Assembly (NCBI RefSeq): GCF_000023205.1
Contig: NC_012803.1
Span: 2,310,001-2,342,000 of the forward strand
Length of the DNA: 32,000 nt
Reading direction: 5' to 3'
Origin: Micrococcus luteus NCTC 2665
GTDB taxonomy: Bacteria > Actinomycetota > Actinomycetes > Actinomycetales > Micrococcaceae
Positions 31,908-32,000 of the stretch are shown piece after piece. The notes beneath the pieces were generated by a model. The model saw only the letters and a program-made list of their open reading frames with translations, ran no database searches and was not told the origin of the DNA. Position 1 is the stretch's first letter; each line of letters starts with the position of its first letter. The position numbers and the translations under genes are program-made.

Positions 31908-32000
31908 CGGACCATCGTGGTCCAGGGGCGCCCGCGGAAGAAGGGCCGTGGGGATGAACGCGGCTCCGACTTGAGTCGCACGCGATCCCCGGGGGTGCTC

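Overview
This is a high-GC (roughly 70%) actinobacterial chromosomal segment. Gene content looks Micrococcales-like, but the taxon cannot be proven from the sequence. The window is almost fully coding.

Left to right it contains:
- the 5' part of a SulP anion permease (-) and a hypothetical gene;
- a 160-bp array of CGTGGGC(A/G)G motifs;
- a five-gene, tightly overlapped minus-strand operon: small secreted Cys-bracketed protein, lipoprotein, peptidoglycan-binding/HlyD-like adaptor, MacB-type ATPase, FtsX permease. Its first two genes are clearly lower in GC;
- a heterodimeric type-I ABC exporter pair;
- a sulfide/persulfide detoxification operon controlled by a CstR-like (CsoR-family) repressor: MBL persulfide dioxygenase-rhodanese fusion, rhodanese-DUF2892, TauE/SafE exporter, regulator, Cys-rich mini-ORF, with three ATACCCC-N-GGGGTAT operators;
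- a PLD-type cardiolipin synthase, a double-hotdog acyl-CoA thioesterase, a HEAT-repeat protein, an RlmC-like rRNA methyltransferase and a membrane protein;
- a beta-phosphoglucomutase-GH65 phosphorylase fusion;
- an IS110-family element, then a small membrane protein plus an ABC-2 transporter, then an IS5-family element.

The most interesting feature is a 57-codon ORF below the ORF-track size cutoff. It looks like a leaderless aureocin A53/lacticin Q-type bacteriocin. It is followed by a YdbS/YdbT-type bPH_2 pair and a sensor-less HisKA_3 kinase.

Two families of short palindromic repeats recur through the window. One of them sits in frame inside two unrelated genes. Most long Arg/Pro/Gly/His-rich ORFs in the track are antisense shadows of real genes. 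No rRNA, tRNA or CRISPR array was seen.
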